From positions 96,001 through 160,000 of the forward strand of contig CBDCUI010000008.1 in NCBI GenBank assembly GCA_965222615.1: a DNA stretch of 64,000 nt, read 5' to 3'. Numbering within the stretch: position 1 is the stretch's first letter; each line of letters opens with the position of its first letter. Of the stretch, positions 40,754 through 51,051 are shown piece by piece. The translations under genes were made by a program, and so were the position numbers. Under the pieces are notes generated by a model that had not been told where the DNA came from, did no database searches, and was given only the letters and a program-made list of their open reading frames with translations. The stretch comes from Gammaproteobacteria bacterium (GTDB taxonomy: Bacteria; Pseudomonadota; Gammaproteobacteria; UBA4575).

Positions 40754-41455
40754 TTAACCTTCACCTTCACCGTCTTGTTTTGTGTCGTTATCTATTTTAT
40801 TCCATGCATCTCCAATAACAGGATCTTCTGTATCTTCATTTTCCCATTCATAGTGTTTAACCGCAGGAGCAGGGTCGCGTTTACGTAACAAAATTGCGCA
40901 AAGTACACCTAAGCCTGCTCCCCAGAGATGAGTCTCAAACGAAATTCCAACTTGATGTGGGAAAATTCCCCAGATCATCGTGCCATATAAGAAGAAAACT
41001 AATAATGACAATGCAATCGCAAGACGATCACGACGAAAAATTCCCACAATAAAAATAAAAAACATAAACCCATAGGTAAGACCGCTTGCACCAAAATGTA
41101 ATACGGGTCGTGCCGTAAACCACACACCTAAACCGGTGCCTAACCAGATGATAAGTACAACAATCCACCATGAACGTGGGTAGCCGAATATTAATGCTGT
41201 CCCCAATATAAGTAATGCAGGGGTATTTGATAACAAATGTTCAAATGAACCATGTATTAATGGTGCTGCAACAACGCCTACAAGCCCTTGGGTGCTGCTT
41301 GGATTAACACCTAGAGCCCATAAATTAAAGCCTGTAATATTGCTGACAATTTTAATTATCCATAAAAGTGCCGCGAAAATTAGCACGATTAGAAACGACC
41401 GTTTTAGACGAATAGGATCATATGAGGATGGAAGGTTACTGCGAGCACTAAGCAT
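40754..41455 (-). CDS. Rhomboid family intramembrane serine protease
   Basis: APLIHG..HL.SN, GASG, IS.E.HL.G. Confidence 0.92.
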   Translation of the reverse strand: MLSARSNLPSSYDPIRLKRSFLIVLIFAALLWIIKIVSNITGFNLWALGVNPSSTQGLVGVVAAPLIHGSFEHLLSNTPALLILGTALIFGYPRSWWIVVLIIWLGTGLGVWFTARPVLHFGASGLTYGFMFFIFIVGIFRRDRLAIALSLLVFFLYGTMIWGIFPHQVGISFETHLWGAGLGVLCAILLRKRDPAPAVKHYEWENEDTEDPVIGDAWNKIDNDTKQDGEGEG

Positions 41456-41515
41456 ATGAAGACAATACCTGCTTTAGGAAGCATAAATATGACAGATCTA
41501 TAGTAGTCTGCAAAC

Positions 41516-41550
41516 AAAAAAGCCCCACATCGGAATGTGAGGCTTTTTTT
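41516..41550. terminator. Intrinsic terminator
   Basis: aaaaaagccccacat-cgga-atgtgaggcttttttt. Confidence 0.8.
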
Positions 41551-41567
41551 AGAGTATTTAAAGTGGG

Positions 41568-41891
41568 TTAATACAAATCAGAGACTAGATCATCTGCTTT
41601 GGCGGCGTGCTCAACTTTCTCGCATGACCAGCCCCAAGATTCTTGTTTTTCGACAAATTCTCTGGCTTTGTTTTCGCAATAACCGGCTTCGCTTTGGGCT
41701 GTCCACAGCGTTTGTACACCTTCACCTTTGTCATATTGAACTTCACAAGGTAGATGTTCTTCAGCGTTTTTATATAAAACACTAATGACTCTTTTCGCAT
41801 CACCATGGTTGCAGACATATTTTTCGCCAGCAAAACCTGTGACACAATAAAATAAGAATACACAAAATAATAAGACTGAATGGAATCGCAT
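41568..41891 (-). CDS. Small exported Cys-containing hypothetical protein
   Basis: Signal peptide; C...R.I.V.Y....PC.V.Y.K...LW.A...GYC..KA..FV.K...GW.C; AAGGA RBS before MRFH. Confidence 0.75.
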   Translation of the reverse strand: MRFHSVLLFCVFLFYCVTGFAGEKYVCNHGDAKRVISVLYKNAEEHLPCEVQYDKGEGVQTLWTAQSEAGYCENKAREFVEKQESWGWSCEKVEHAAKADDLVSDLY

Positions 41892-42159
41892 AATTACATC
41901 CTTATATTCCATTAAACATACACATATTGTCACGCTATGCGGGGAGTCATACCAGGGTAATACCTGCCGTTCATGCGAAACAAATAAACCATTTGAATAG
42001 TTTATTTTTTTATGACCGAGATTAGATTATTCAAGACCGATAACTGGTTGATGTTGATCGAGTATCGGTATCAGGTTGTGTGATCAAAAACGACTTAACT
42101 AAAAATAAATGAGTTGTTTGCTAAAATTAAAGGCTTTGTCAATAATGTTTGAAACGCAC

Positions 42160-44073
42160 TTATATATAAAACTTTTTATGTAATCTGCGCGCCTGAGCAG
42201 GCCAATTATCACGAGCAATACGACCACGATAACTTCCAAGTTTGCTATCTATTAGCTCGATATCTTTGCGGTTTAATCCTGCGATCTGTTCAAAATGGTA
42301 AATACCAAGACGGTGTAATTTACGTTCCAATTTGGGGCCTACACCAGTGATAAGTTGTAAATCATCTAGATCGCCAGTTGGACGTTTCATTCCCAAAGGT
42401 TTTATTTTTGTGCGGCGAGTGGCTGGCTTTTTATTGGTTTTATTGTTTTGTTTTTTAGTATAGGTTCCACCACGCATTAAAATGCGTGCCTGTTCAATCC
42501 ATTTGTCACGATCGATACGACCCTTGAATTTAAGCATGTTATCAACGGCAGCAACATCTTTACGTGTGAATCCCGCAATTTGTTCAAAGTAATAAATGCC
42601 ACATTTGTTTAAAGTCTTTTCCAGTACTATGCCCACTCCCGATATGAGCTTGAGATCATCGGGTTTTCGACTTGGTTTATTTAAACCATAGGGCTTCATT
42701 TTGCGTTTTTTAGGCGCACTTTTAATAGTCTCGCGTTCTTTTGGCTCATGTATAGCAGCTATTGGTACTACTTTTTTAGCTTCTTGTAGTTGTTTTTCGA
42801 GATCATTAATTTTTTGGTCCCGTCTACGGAGATCATCTCTTAGCGGGTTGTTTTGTTGCTGGGCTTGGAATAATTGCTTTTCAACATTTGTAATCCTTTC
42901 GTTTCGTCTATCTATAGAGGCTTCTAGAGACGTAATTTGTCCTTGCAGCGTGCCGAGCTCATTTTCTAGTGAGGAGATTCTGTTGTCTTTTATTCGAATG
43001 TCTTCTTCCAAGGAGGGGACACGTTTATTTGCATCTTCTAACCTATCTTGTAGGCCACGCATGAATGTTTGAGAGTTCGTTGTTTCGGCTTCTAGTGACT
43101 GAAATTTTTTGCGCTGGTTCTCCAAGGTTTGCTTTAATTCGATTATCTCATGATCACGCTTCTCTAGATTAGAGCGAAGTAAAATCATTTCTGCTGATTG
43201 TTGTTGTAACGCAGCTAAATTTTGTTTATGTGTTTTTATTTCATTTTCAAGAGGTATCAGCCTTGACTTAGCAGTTTCAAGCTCAGCCTGCAATGATTTT
43301 TGTTTAGCATTGCTACTTTCAAATTCTTTTTTTAAGTTAGTAAATAATAAAGCTTGGTTATTAAATTCCTTATCACGTGTAGTTAGTTGTGTTTGTAGGT
43401 TTTCAAGCTCTTTGTTTAAGGCATGATTACGCTCAGTACTTTGCTGAAGCTGCAGCTTCAATTCACTAGTTTCGACATGTTCTTTACGTACTGAACTTAT
43501 CTTTTTGTCGCGGCTTTCCAATTCTTGGTGAAGGGAACGATTAAGCTCTAATGTAGTTTTGAGTTGAGATTTCAAATCATCAATTACAGTAGGTGTTTTA
43601 CGTAATGCAACGATTTCATCTTCACGTTTCCCTAGCTCAATATTGAGTAGGTTATTGCGTTCAGTTATTTTACCAAGCAGGGCCTTTAATTCATCTGTTT
43701 CAGAAGGCTTCCGGCGTGTTTGTTCAATGAACTCAGCTTGTTTTTTAGAATGCTCGATGGCAATACTTAGCTTGGTTTTTAAGTCATCACGGTTGGCTTT
43801 CAGCGTCTCAAATTGATTACGTAATGATTCCAATTTATCTTCCAATAGTTCTACTTGAGAAGTACTAGAGCTTAGATCACTTTCTTCTAAAGTATCCGCT
43901 TGCATTCGATATGGCTGAAAATCCTGGCTTATATCTTCGTAATGTACATATTCATTAGTATTTTGTGCAATAGCTTGCTTTCTAAAATTGTTCCAAATAT
44001 ACCAAATTAATAAAAGCCCCAATAACAAAGAGAAACTAACGTAAATTAAATTTTGGGATACGAGATAGGACAT
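42160..44073 (-). CDS. TM + long coiled coil + two COG3743-type HhH domains
   Basis: DDLKLISGVG..LE..LN..GIY.FEQIA and DDLQLITGVGPKLE..L..LGIYHFEQIA; heptad-rich middle. Confidence 0.85.
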   Translation of the reverse strand: MSYLVSQNLIYVSFSLLLGLLLIWYIWNNFRKQAIAQNTNEYVHYEDISQDFQPYRMQADTLEESDLSSSTSQVELLEDKLESLRNQFETLKANRDDLKTKLSIAIEHSKKQAEFIEQTRRKPSETDELKALLGKITERNNLLNIELGKREDEIVALRKTPTVIDDLKSQLKTTLELNRSLHQELESRDKKISSVRKEHVETSELKLQLQQSTERNHALNKELENLQTQLTTRDKEFNNQALLFTNLKKEFESSNAKQKSLQAELETAKSRLIPLENEIKTHKQNLAALQQQSAEMILLRSNLEKRDHEIIELKQTLENQRKKFQSLEAETTNSQTFMRGLQDRLEDANKRVPSLEEDIRIKDNRISSLENELGTLQGQITSLEASIDRRNERITNVEKQLFQAQQQNNPLRDDLRRRDQKINDLEKQLQEAKKVVPIAAIHEPKERETIKSAPKKRKMKPYGLNKPSRKPDDLKLISGVGIVLEKTLNKCGIYYFEQIAGFTRKDVAAVDNMLKFKGRIDRDKWIEQARILMRGGTYTKKQNNKTNKKPATRRTKIKPLGMKRPTGDLDDLQLITGVGPKLERKLHRLGIYHFEQIAGLNRKDIELIDSKLGSYRGRIARDNWPAQARRLHKKFYI

Positions 44074-44797
44074 TAATAATTTCCCTTGCTAGATAAAAAT
44101 GGTGGGTTACGAAAAGGTTTCATTTATCAATTATAACGTAAGCTGTCATAAATTTGTCATGCTACAAACATTAATTTGTATTTTTTTATCATAAAGTATT
44201 TACACGTTAGTTGGCACTAAATGAAAAACGAATTGTTCAAAAATTGTTCGTTGGTTGAGTTGTAATCAATTGTGCAGGTTCGAATTCATGGTAGCGAATA
44301 TTTTTTTATGAAACTAAACTCACGCACCAATGACTTAGCATTAATTCCTAATGTAGTTCGGCAAGCTTCTATCTTGCTTTCATTTATATAATAGAAAAAT
44401 ATTCATCAACTGGAAAAAATTCGTAACGTAAACGTAAAAAAATCTTCATGGCTTGGTAAAACTGTTTACACAGAAACGACCTACCCTATCGTTTTTGCTA
44501 GAAATAACCAGAAAGATGAGAAGCGCATGTCCAACATTTACCGCAATGATCATGATAATGATATTTGTAACCAATCGGGGGATCGACCATTTGCTCTGGT
44601 CATAGTTTTATTACCTATGCATAGAAAAATCACAGTGGTTTAGTAGACTTCCTACCTGTGGCGCTAGCAGATTCAGATGGTTGTTTATTTATTCAAACAG
44701 ATGGTGGTATTGTTGGCTCCTAAGTCCCGTGATTACTACAATATAAATATAACTATAGTATCTTCGAAGTAAAAGCCTTGCATGTGTCGGAGTTTTT

Positions 44798-45157
44798 TTA
44801 TGATGCAGTAGCAGACCACACTGCATATTCATTTCCGTTTGGATCACTAAAGTGAAAGCGACGTCCCCCTGGAAAAGTGAATATTGGTTTAAGTATTAAA
44901 CCTCCTGCACTTTCTATTTTAGTTTGTGTCTCTTCCAATGAGTTGCTGTAGAAAACAATTAGTGCGGCACCGTTATTTGTAGAAGAAAATTTATCTGATT
45001 TAAAAAAACCTCCATCAATACCTTGATTTGTAAAGGCTGTATAGTCCGGGCCGTAATCAGTAAAAGACCAGTTAAATATGGTTGTGAAGAATGTTTTTGT
45101 CGCTTCTATATCTTTAGCAGGAAATTCCACGTAGTCAATTTTTTCATGTACATTCAT
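44798..45157 (-). CDS. VOC/glyoxalase family protein
   Basis: KIDYVEFPA.D...TK.FF, DYGPDY, FPGGRRFHF.DP.GNE. Confidence 0.92.
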   Translation of the reverse strand: MNVHEKIDYVEFPAKDIEATKTFFTTIFNWSFTDYGPDYTAFTNQGIDGGFFKSDKFSSTNNGAALIVFYSNSLEETQTKIESAGGLILKPIFTFPGGRRFHFSDPNGNEYAVWSATAS

Positions 45158-45566
45158 AAAGTTTTCCCATTTCTTTTACAGAGCATTGAATGAGCCTTTC
45201 TAATATTCTTAAATCGATGTCAGCCAGATTTTTTATGTATAGGCAGGAAACACTGGTTTTATGTTTACCAATCTTTTTCAGCAAAGATTTATATTTAGAG
45301 AAGCCGGGTATAATGTAAATGGTCAAATTTTGTTTGCGGGGCGAAAACCCGGTTACGAACCAATCACCTTCGCGTCCTGATTTATATATATAGTGGTATT
45401 TTCCAAAACCAATAATACTATCTCCCCACATTTTGGCACGCTTGCCAGTAATTTTCCGCATCATTGAATACAACAGTTTGCAATCATCACGTCGGGATTT
45501 ATTTTCAATGGACTTGATAAATGCCGTAACACTTGCCGTGGTAGGTTTTGTTTTTAGCTCTACCAT
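45144..45566 (-). CDS. DUF1801 domain protein
   Basis: MWG.SIIGFG.YHY.Y.SGREGDW...GFSPRK, GKHK...SCLYI. Confidence 0.92.
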   Translation of the reverse strand: MVELKTKPTTASVTAFIKSIENKSRRDDCKLLYSMMRKITGKRAKMWGDSIIGFGKYHYIYKSGREGDWFVTGFSPRKQNLTIYIIPGFSKYKSLLKKIGKHKTSVSCLYIKNLADIDLRILERLIQCSVKEMGKLYECT

Positions 45567-45585
45567 ATATTTACGCTTTAAAAAT

Positions 45586-45619
45586 AAAAAAGGCTCTGTC
45601 TAATATAACAGAGCCTTTT
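45586..45619. terminator. Intrinsic terminator
   Basis: aaaaaggctctgt-ctaatata-acagagccttttt. Confidence 0.85.
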
Positions 45620-45665
45620 TATTTTAGTAGCTTAAAGTTTAGGTCATTAGAGAATTATAAATTGA

Positions 45666-47360
45666 CTACTCCCCTCCCTCACTTAATATTTGAAATAGGG
45701 CACCTAAATTTATCGTGCCGTGTGTATCTGGAGATTGAATACCTTGTAAGTCATTAGGGTCTCCTTCATTCAAGTTTGAAGCCGTATCATCGGGAGGGAA
45801 TAACACTAATGTCTGTAGAAAAGCGAGAATTTTTTGTTGACGATTATCGCCAAGACGCACGTAGGCATTTCTTGACTCAATGGCTTCACCACCGTGGCGC
45901 CTGATTACTGCATCTAAATTGATGCTACGGCCGTCGTGACCATATGGTGCAGTAGAACCCACACCCCAGAGTGGTTCAGTTACAAATTCTTTTACAACTG
46001 TTCCATCAAATTCACGTTCGTGAAATGCAGGTCCTAAGTCATGACGCTTTAAGTCAGAAAAGAAATTTTTAACTACAAACTTTTCCCCAGTTGGTAGAAG
46101 TTTTGGAAATTCGCTTCCATCATTTTCTGGAGTAAATAAAGTAGTAGCTGTCGCAAACAAATCATTAAAAATGCCTTTTCTCGGGTTATACACCGTTTCA
46201 ACGTCAGCGACTCGTCTATCAGTTTTAATAGTTAAATTTGGTTTGTGGCACGTAGTGCAACCAATTTTTTCCATTAGCACACGACCTTGTCTTGCTTTTT
46301 GCGTAACTTTATATCGTCCTGGCTTAAAGTAATTTAGTAAATAAAACTCCATGTGATCAACCAGTGCTGGATCGATTTCATTTACTATTCCATCATTATC
46401 TGCGTCTCCACTTGCATCACACACTGGAGGACGCTCAAACTCATCTAGTTCTGGGTCATATGCAAACCCAGCGGGACTAGTAGCGGCTTGAGGATTATCT
46501 GGATCAGTAACTGCACACAACACGGGATCCCATGCCTGCAAACCCATTTCATCTTTAAATGCACCAATGACAAATTCACGAATCGAAACCGTGCCGCCTT
46601 GATGAAAGAATGGGCGTATACGCAGATCAGCATTAACGCCATCAACTTCAGAAGTATCAACTGAACCATTTGGGCAGGCCGTGATAAATCCAAATGACAC
46701 ATGTTTTGCACGTAATGGAGAGGTTACACAACGATTTCGATTAGCTGCCGCATTAAGAGCTTTGGACCGTGTATCACGCAATCGCTCTGTCATTTCTTCC
46801 GCAAGCTGCTCGACTAGTCCTAAACCAAACAAATGTGGTGCATCTCGGCTATCGGGTCGAGTATTTACATCGCCTCCAAAGCCTGCAGATCCTCTTGGAC
46901 GTCCATGACAGGCTGCACAACTATCTGTAAGCCCTGCGCCCAATGCGCGATTTTGTGTGATATCACCCGTGGACATAAAATTGACACGTGGACCTACGCC
47001 CTCATCGGCAGAAAACTTACGTTGAAAAAGTTGTCGCCCACGACGAATTGATCTTGCAGGATCACGCTTAATTAAATAAACAGCAGAACCGGGTGTATTT
47101 TCATCCCCGTGCCCAGCGCCAATTTGTTCATCCAGTCGTTTTGCAATACAGCCCCCAGGCGCATTTATTGTACCCACAACCTTGTCACAAGGTACTAATT
47201 CTGCATGTACGTTTTGGGTCAATAATAAACCCACAAGCAATGCAGAAGTTATAGCAAAGTAACTTGTAAAAGCTTTGAAGATTAAAGTAGGTAAATATTT
47301 AAAACTATTTTCAGAAAAAACTGGATGATGAATTCGTCTGATACAATTGACTAAGTTCAT
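45666..47360 (-). CDS. Exported di-heme oxidoreductase family protein (DHOR/DUF1111-like)
   Basis: Two CxxCH (CAACH, CTTCH), PHLFGLGL, SDLKRHDLG, T.PLWG...PYGHDGR...I.RHGGEA. Confidence 0.85.
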   Translation of the reverse strand: MNLVNCIRRIHHPVFSENSFKYLPTLIFKAFTSYFAITSALLVGLLLTQNVHAELVPCDKVVGTINAPGGCIAKRLDEQIGAGHGDENTPGSAVYLIKRDPARSIRRGRQLFQRKFSADEGVGPRVNFMSTGDITQNRALGAGLTDSCAACHGRPRGSAGFGGDVNTRPDSRDAPHLFGLGLVEQLAEEMTERLRDTRSKALNAAANRNRCVTSPLRAKHVSFGFITACPNGSVDTSEVDGVNADLRIRPFFHQGGTVSIREFVIGAFKDEMGLQAWDPVLCAVTDPDNPQAATSPAGFAYDPELDEFERPPVCDASGDADNDGIVNEIDPALVDHMEFYLLNYFKPGRYKVTQKARQGRVLMEKIGCTTCHKPNLTIKTDRRVADVETVYNPRKGIFNDLFATATTLFTPENDGSEFPKLLPTGEKFVVKNFFSDLKRHDLGPAFHEREFDGTVVKEFVTEPLWGVGSTAPYGHDGRSINLDAVIRRHGGEAIESRNAYVRLGDNRQQKILAFLQTLVLFPPDDTASNLNEGDPNDLQGIQSPDTHGTINLGALFQILSEGGE

Positions 47361-47824
47361 GCTCCCCCTCCCTAAATGAAAGTTGTCGTCATAAACACAT
47401 ACTGCTGTAACTACTGATTTAAGAATTTAATAAAATATTAGTTAATGATTAGTTAAAATTATTTTTTATATTCTCAAGCAGTTATATTGTTTTTTTATGG
47501 TTATTAATTTTTATATGTCTTTAAACATATTTTATCAGCGTAAACAAAGCTATCGTAATTATTCAAATTTAGTCAAGCAATAATTAGTATGTAGTAACAC
47601 CCTCTAATTAGTAACTTACATAGGTGTAATTAAAGTCTTTGTGTAACGAACTAAAAAATAGTGATTTTTATAATTTTTATAAATACAAGTGAATGTAATT
47701 CTAATTGTTAATTAATGTAAATCTAAATTACTTAGTATGTTTAAGAGTTAGTTGATGCAAAGTTTTAATAGAAAATTAATGGTTATTGAAAACTAATAAC
47801 AATTAGGTGTTGCTATGTTTTCAG

Positions 47825-48478
47825 TTATACATGTTTTAGTTTTTTAAGTTGATTATTGGCCCATCTTTTCCAATCTTTCGATATCTTATCTACTTTAAGT
47901 ATACGTTCAATTTCCGCATGATCTTTTGTGTAGATACGAAACACATCACGAACACTGAGATCATGATCAGGTCTTTCAATTACGTTGATCTTATCTCCAC
48001 AGCCGATATCACCTTCTTTAATAATTCGAAGATAAGAACCGGGTCGCAAAGCTTGAGTGAATTTTCGTGGAAAGGTTTTGTCATTCATGCGTACGCCCAA
48101 TCGCCAGCAAGGAATACGTGGTTCGGAAACTTCAAGTACGGTATTACCAACTTCCCAGCGTTCTCCCACCAGGGCATCGTTTACTTCAATACCTTGTGTT
48201 GTAATGTTTTCACCAAACTCGCCATATACAAGTGCACGACCGACTTGTTGTCCCCACCACAATAGGTCTTCACTCGCATAGGCATAGATTGCCTTATCAT
48301 AACCTCCATGAGCTTTACGGTCCGCTTGATCATCGCCATCCATATTTACGCCTCTAGCCATAACTCGACCTAAAATAGGAGTTTTCCAAATCGCACTTTT
48401 GGCAATGCGCCCCTTGTATTCAAATTCCTTAGGGGTGCCGACATTCACTGAAACAATTTTCGCAATAGTGTTTTTCAT
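47825..48478 (-). CDS. MOSC domain protein (YiiM-like)
   Basis: GDDQAD...HGG..KA.Y, FGEN.T, PR.PC..L, G.YLR....G.I. Confidence 0.92.
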   Translation of the reverse strand: MKNTIAKIVSVNVGTPKEFEYKGRIAKSAIWKTPILGRVMARGVNMDGDDQADRKAHGGYDKAIYAYASEDLLWWGQQVGRALVYGEFGENITTQGIEVNDALVGERWEVGNTVLEVSEPRIPCWRLGVRMNDKTFPRKFTQALRPGSYLRIIKEGDIGCGDKINVIERPDHDLSVRDVFRIYTKDHAEIERILKVDKISKDWKRWANNQLKKLKHV

Positions 48479-48579
48479 AGATGTTTATTTTACGCCTTCA
48501 CAGATTTGCAGATGTAGTCCAATTTTCATGTGCAAGGAGTATCATCCTAATTAGCCTGGTTGCTAGCAGGAGTAGAACA

Positions 48580-49959
48580 ATGAATAAAAAGTACGATGCC
48601 ATCGTAATTGGTGCAGGGCAGGCAGGGCCCTCATTAGCTGCACGTCTTACCTCAGAAGGATTAAAAACTTCCATTATTGAACGCCATTTATTTGGTGGCA
48701 CTTGTGTTAATACAGGTTGTATCCCCACCAAAACATTGGTTGCCAGTGCACGCGCTGCGCATATGGCGCATCGAGGTAATGATTTCGGAGTGAACATCAC
48801 TGGTGACATACACGTTGATATGAAGAAGGTAAAAGAACGTAAAGATGGGGTAGTACAACAGTCTAATCAAGGCGTGACGGGTTGGATGAAAAATATGGAA
48901 AACCTGGATGTGTATGAAGGTCATGCACGGTTTGAAAGTTCAAATATAGTTACCGTGAACGAAAATCTATTAGAGGCTGAAAAAATATTTATCAATGTCG
49001 GTGCGCGAGCACGTGTTCCAAAGATGGATGGCTTGAATGATATTGATTACTTTACCAACTCCAGCATCATGGACGTGGACTATCTACCCGAACACCTTAT
49101 CATTATAGGGGGTAGTTACATTGGTTTGGAGTTTGCTCAAATGTATCGACGTTTTGGCAGTGCAGTCACAGTAGTTGAAATGGCGAATCGATTGATTCCT
49201 AGGGAGGATCCAGATATTTCTCAAGCTGTGTTAGAGATTCTTGAAAACGAAGGTGTAGAAATAAGATTGAATGCAGAATGTATAAGCTTTGCAAAGGGAC
49301 AAAACAATATTGCAGTAAAGGTAAGCTGTAACGAAGAAATGCAAGAGTCGATGGGCAGTCATGTGTTACTGGCCGTTGGGCGGGTTCCCAATACGCATGA
49401 CTTAGGTTTGGATAAAGCGGGTGTAGAGGTCAATCAATTTGGCATGATTGAAGTAGACGACGAGCTTAAAACCAATGTTCCAGGTATTTGGGCCATGGGT
49501 GAATGTAATGGGAAAGGGGCATTCACTCACACCTCGTATAACGATTATGAAATCGTTGCGGATAATTTATTTGCTACAAAAAAACGACGCGTCAGTGACC
49601 GCATTCTATGCTATGGCTTATTTATTGATCCACCGCTTGGGCGCGTAGGTTTAACTGAGGCCCAAGTACGTGAATCGGGAAACAAGGCATTGATTGGGAA
49701 AATGCCCATGTCACGCATTGGTCGCGCGAAAGAGCGCAGTGAAACACAGGGCTTTATGAAAGTCGTGATTGATACAGAAACCGAACAAATACTAGGAGCT
49801 GCTATTTTGGGCATAGGAGGGGATGAAATCATTCATTTATTTATTGACAATATGTATGCCAATAAGCCCTATCACGTCATTAAAAATGCAGTGCATGTAC
49901 ATCCAACAGTTTCAGAATTAATCCCTACGATGTTGCAGAATTTAAACCCGCTTGAATGA
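48580..49959 (+). CDS. Class I pyridine nucleotide-disulfide oxidoreductase (MerA/RclA-like, no C-terminal CC)
   Basis: GAGQAG, GGTCVNTGCIPTK, GGSYIGLE, HPTVSE; AGGAG RBS before ATG 48580. Confidence 0.9.
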   Translation: MNKKYDAIVIGAGQAGPSLAARLTSEGLKTSIIERHLFGGTCVNTGCIPTKTLVASARAAHMAHRGNDFGVNITGDIHVDMKKVKERKDGVVQQSNQGVTGWMKNMENLDVYEGHARFESSNIVTVNENLLEAEKIFINVGARARVPKMDGLNDIDYFTNSSIMDVDYLPEHLIIIGGSYIGLEFAQMYRRFGSAVTVVEMANRLIPREDPDISQAVLEILENEGVEIRLNAECISFAKGQNNIAVKVSCNEEMQESMGSHVLLAVGRVPNTHDLGLDKAGVEVNQFGMIEVDDELKTNVPGIWAMGECNGKGAFTHTSYNDYEIVADNLFATKKRRVSDRILCYGLFIDPPLGRVGLTEAQVRESGNKALIGKMPMSRIGRAKERSETQGFMKVVIDTETEQILGAAILGIGGDEIIHLFIDNMYANKPYHVIKNAVHVHPTVSELIPTMLQNLNPLE

Positions 49960-49974
49960 TGCAAATCTCAAAAA

Positions 49975-51051
49975 TTATTTGGTTTGTAAATTTTCGGAGT
50001 AGGGTAATCTTTCCATTAAATAACAAAGACAGTCCTGACGGATAATGGTTTCATCTAATGTGATCATCGCTGGCATCATAGATTTAGAAAGCATAATGTG
50101 TTGGTCGTCTATATAAAATAAATGTTCACCAACCTCTTCATCATCGTCATTATAGGCAAATAAGCGAGCATTATTGTTTGACTGAATAGTGCCAAAACAA
50201 GTATTCGCAGGGATTTCAGAAAAATTCATTCTGTCTAGCTCTTTATTAAATAGAATATCAACATTTTTGTCTGAGAAACTAAACGAAACATCACTTGGAA
50301 TTTTAACGCGTGCAATGGTATGAAATAGATTTATGTCTTGTGGTAAAACGGGATCATTCGAAATCTCTTGCATATGTAAAATTGCTTCTACATATCCCAA
50401 GGCGTGTATGATTCCGCTAGCAGAATCAGATTTACCGCATTCCAGTGTTACTGCAGGACACAGTTTGCTAAATGCCATAGATTGTACACCTTTTGGCGCT
50501 AAAAAATATACGACGGTGGGCCCAAACAAGGAAGCCATACGTAAAAATTGGTTTTCCAGTTTATTGATACAAGCATAATGTGGGTTTAAGCCAGTGTTGT
50601 TGTGTATATCAATGCTTGCGAACAGATTTCTAGTTTTCATTTCATTCACAATATCTTGCATTAATATAGTTTCTTGTGAAAACGGTGCAATGGTTCCTGG
50701 CCAAATGCGATTGTAATCAGGTTGATTGTCTAAAAACCGCTTGCTAAAGCGTGCTGCTTGGGTATTACCGAAATAAATAGATACAGAACGTGGTAATGTT
50801 GAATGCCGGTATTTTTTTAATAATTCTTGAATTACATAAAATCCAGTGTTCTCATTGCCATGCAATAATATGCTAATGAATACCGTCTCTGGTTTCTTTC
50901 CTGGTAAATGTAATAAGGTGTGTCCAGGAAATAAGGTATATAGCTCTTCACAGCCGATTTCTAATAGCTGTTGTGGGTAATTCTCTACTTGTTGTAGTTC
51001 TAAGCTATTCAATGTAATTATTCTTGTGTTGGAGTAAGCTCGGTACTCCAA
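49975..51051 (-). CDS. M14 metallopeptidase (succinylglutamate desuccinylase/aspartoacylase-like)
   Basis: HGNE, DYNRIW, DIHNNTG.NPHY, TLECG; the true start may be somewhat downstream. Confidence 0.85.
   Translation of the reverse strand: MEYRAYSNTRIITLNSLELQQVENYPQQLLEIGCEELYTLFPGHTLLHLPGKKPETVFISILLHGNENTGFYVIQELLKKYRHSTLPRSVSIYFGNTQAARFSKRFLDNQPDYNRIWPGTIAPFSQETILMQDIVNEMKTRNLFASIDIHNNTGLNPHYACINKLENQFLRMASLFGPTVVYFLAPKGVQSMAFSKLCPAVTLECGKSDSASGIIHALGYVEAILHMQEISNDPVLPQDINLFHTIARVKIPSDVSFSFSDKNVDILFNKELDRMNFSEIPANTCFGTIQSNNNARLFAYNDDDEEVGEHLFYIDDQHIMLSKSMMPAMITLDETIIRQDCLCYLMERLPYSENLQTK

Noticed and set aside
48580-49959. Mercuric reductase merA
   Set aside because: Lacks the C-terminal Cys-Cys pair, the NmerA domain and any mer operon context
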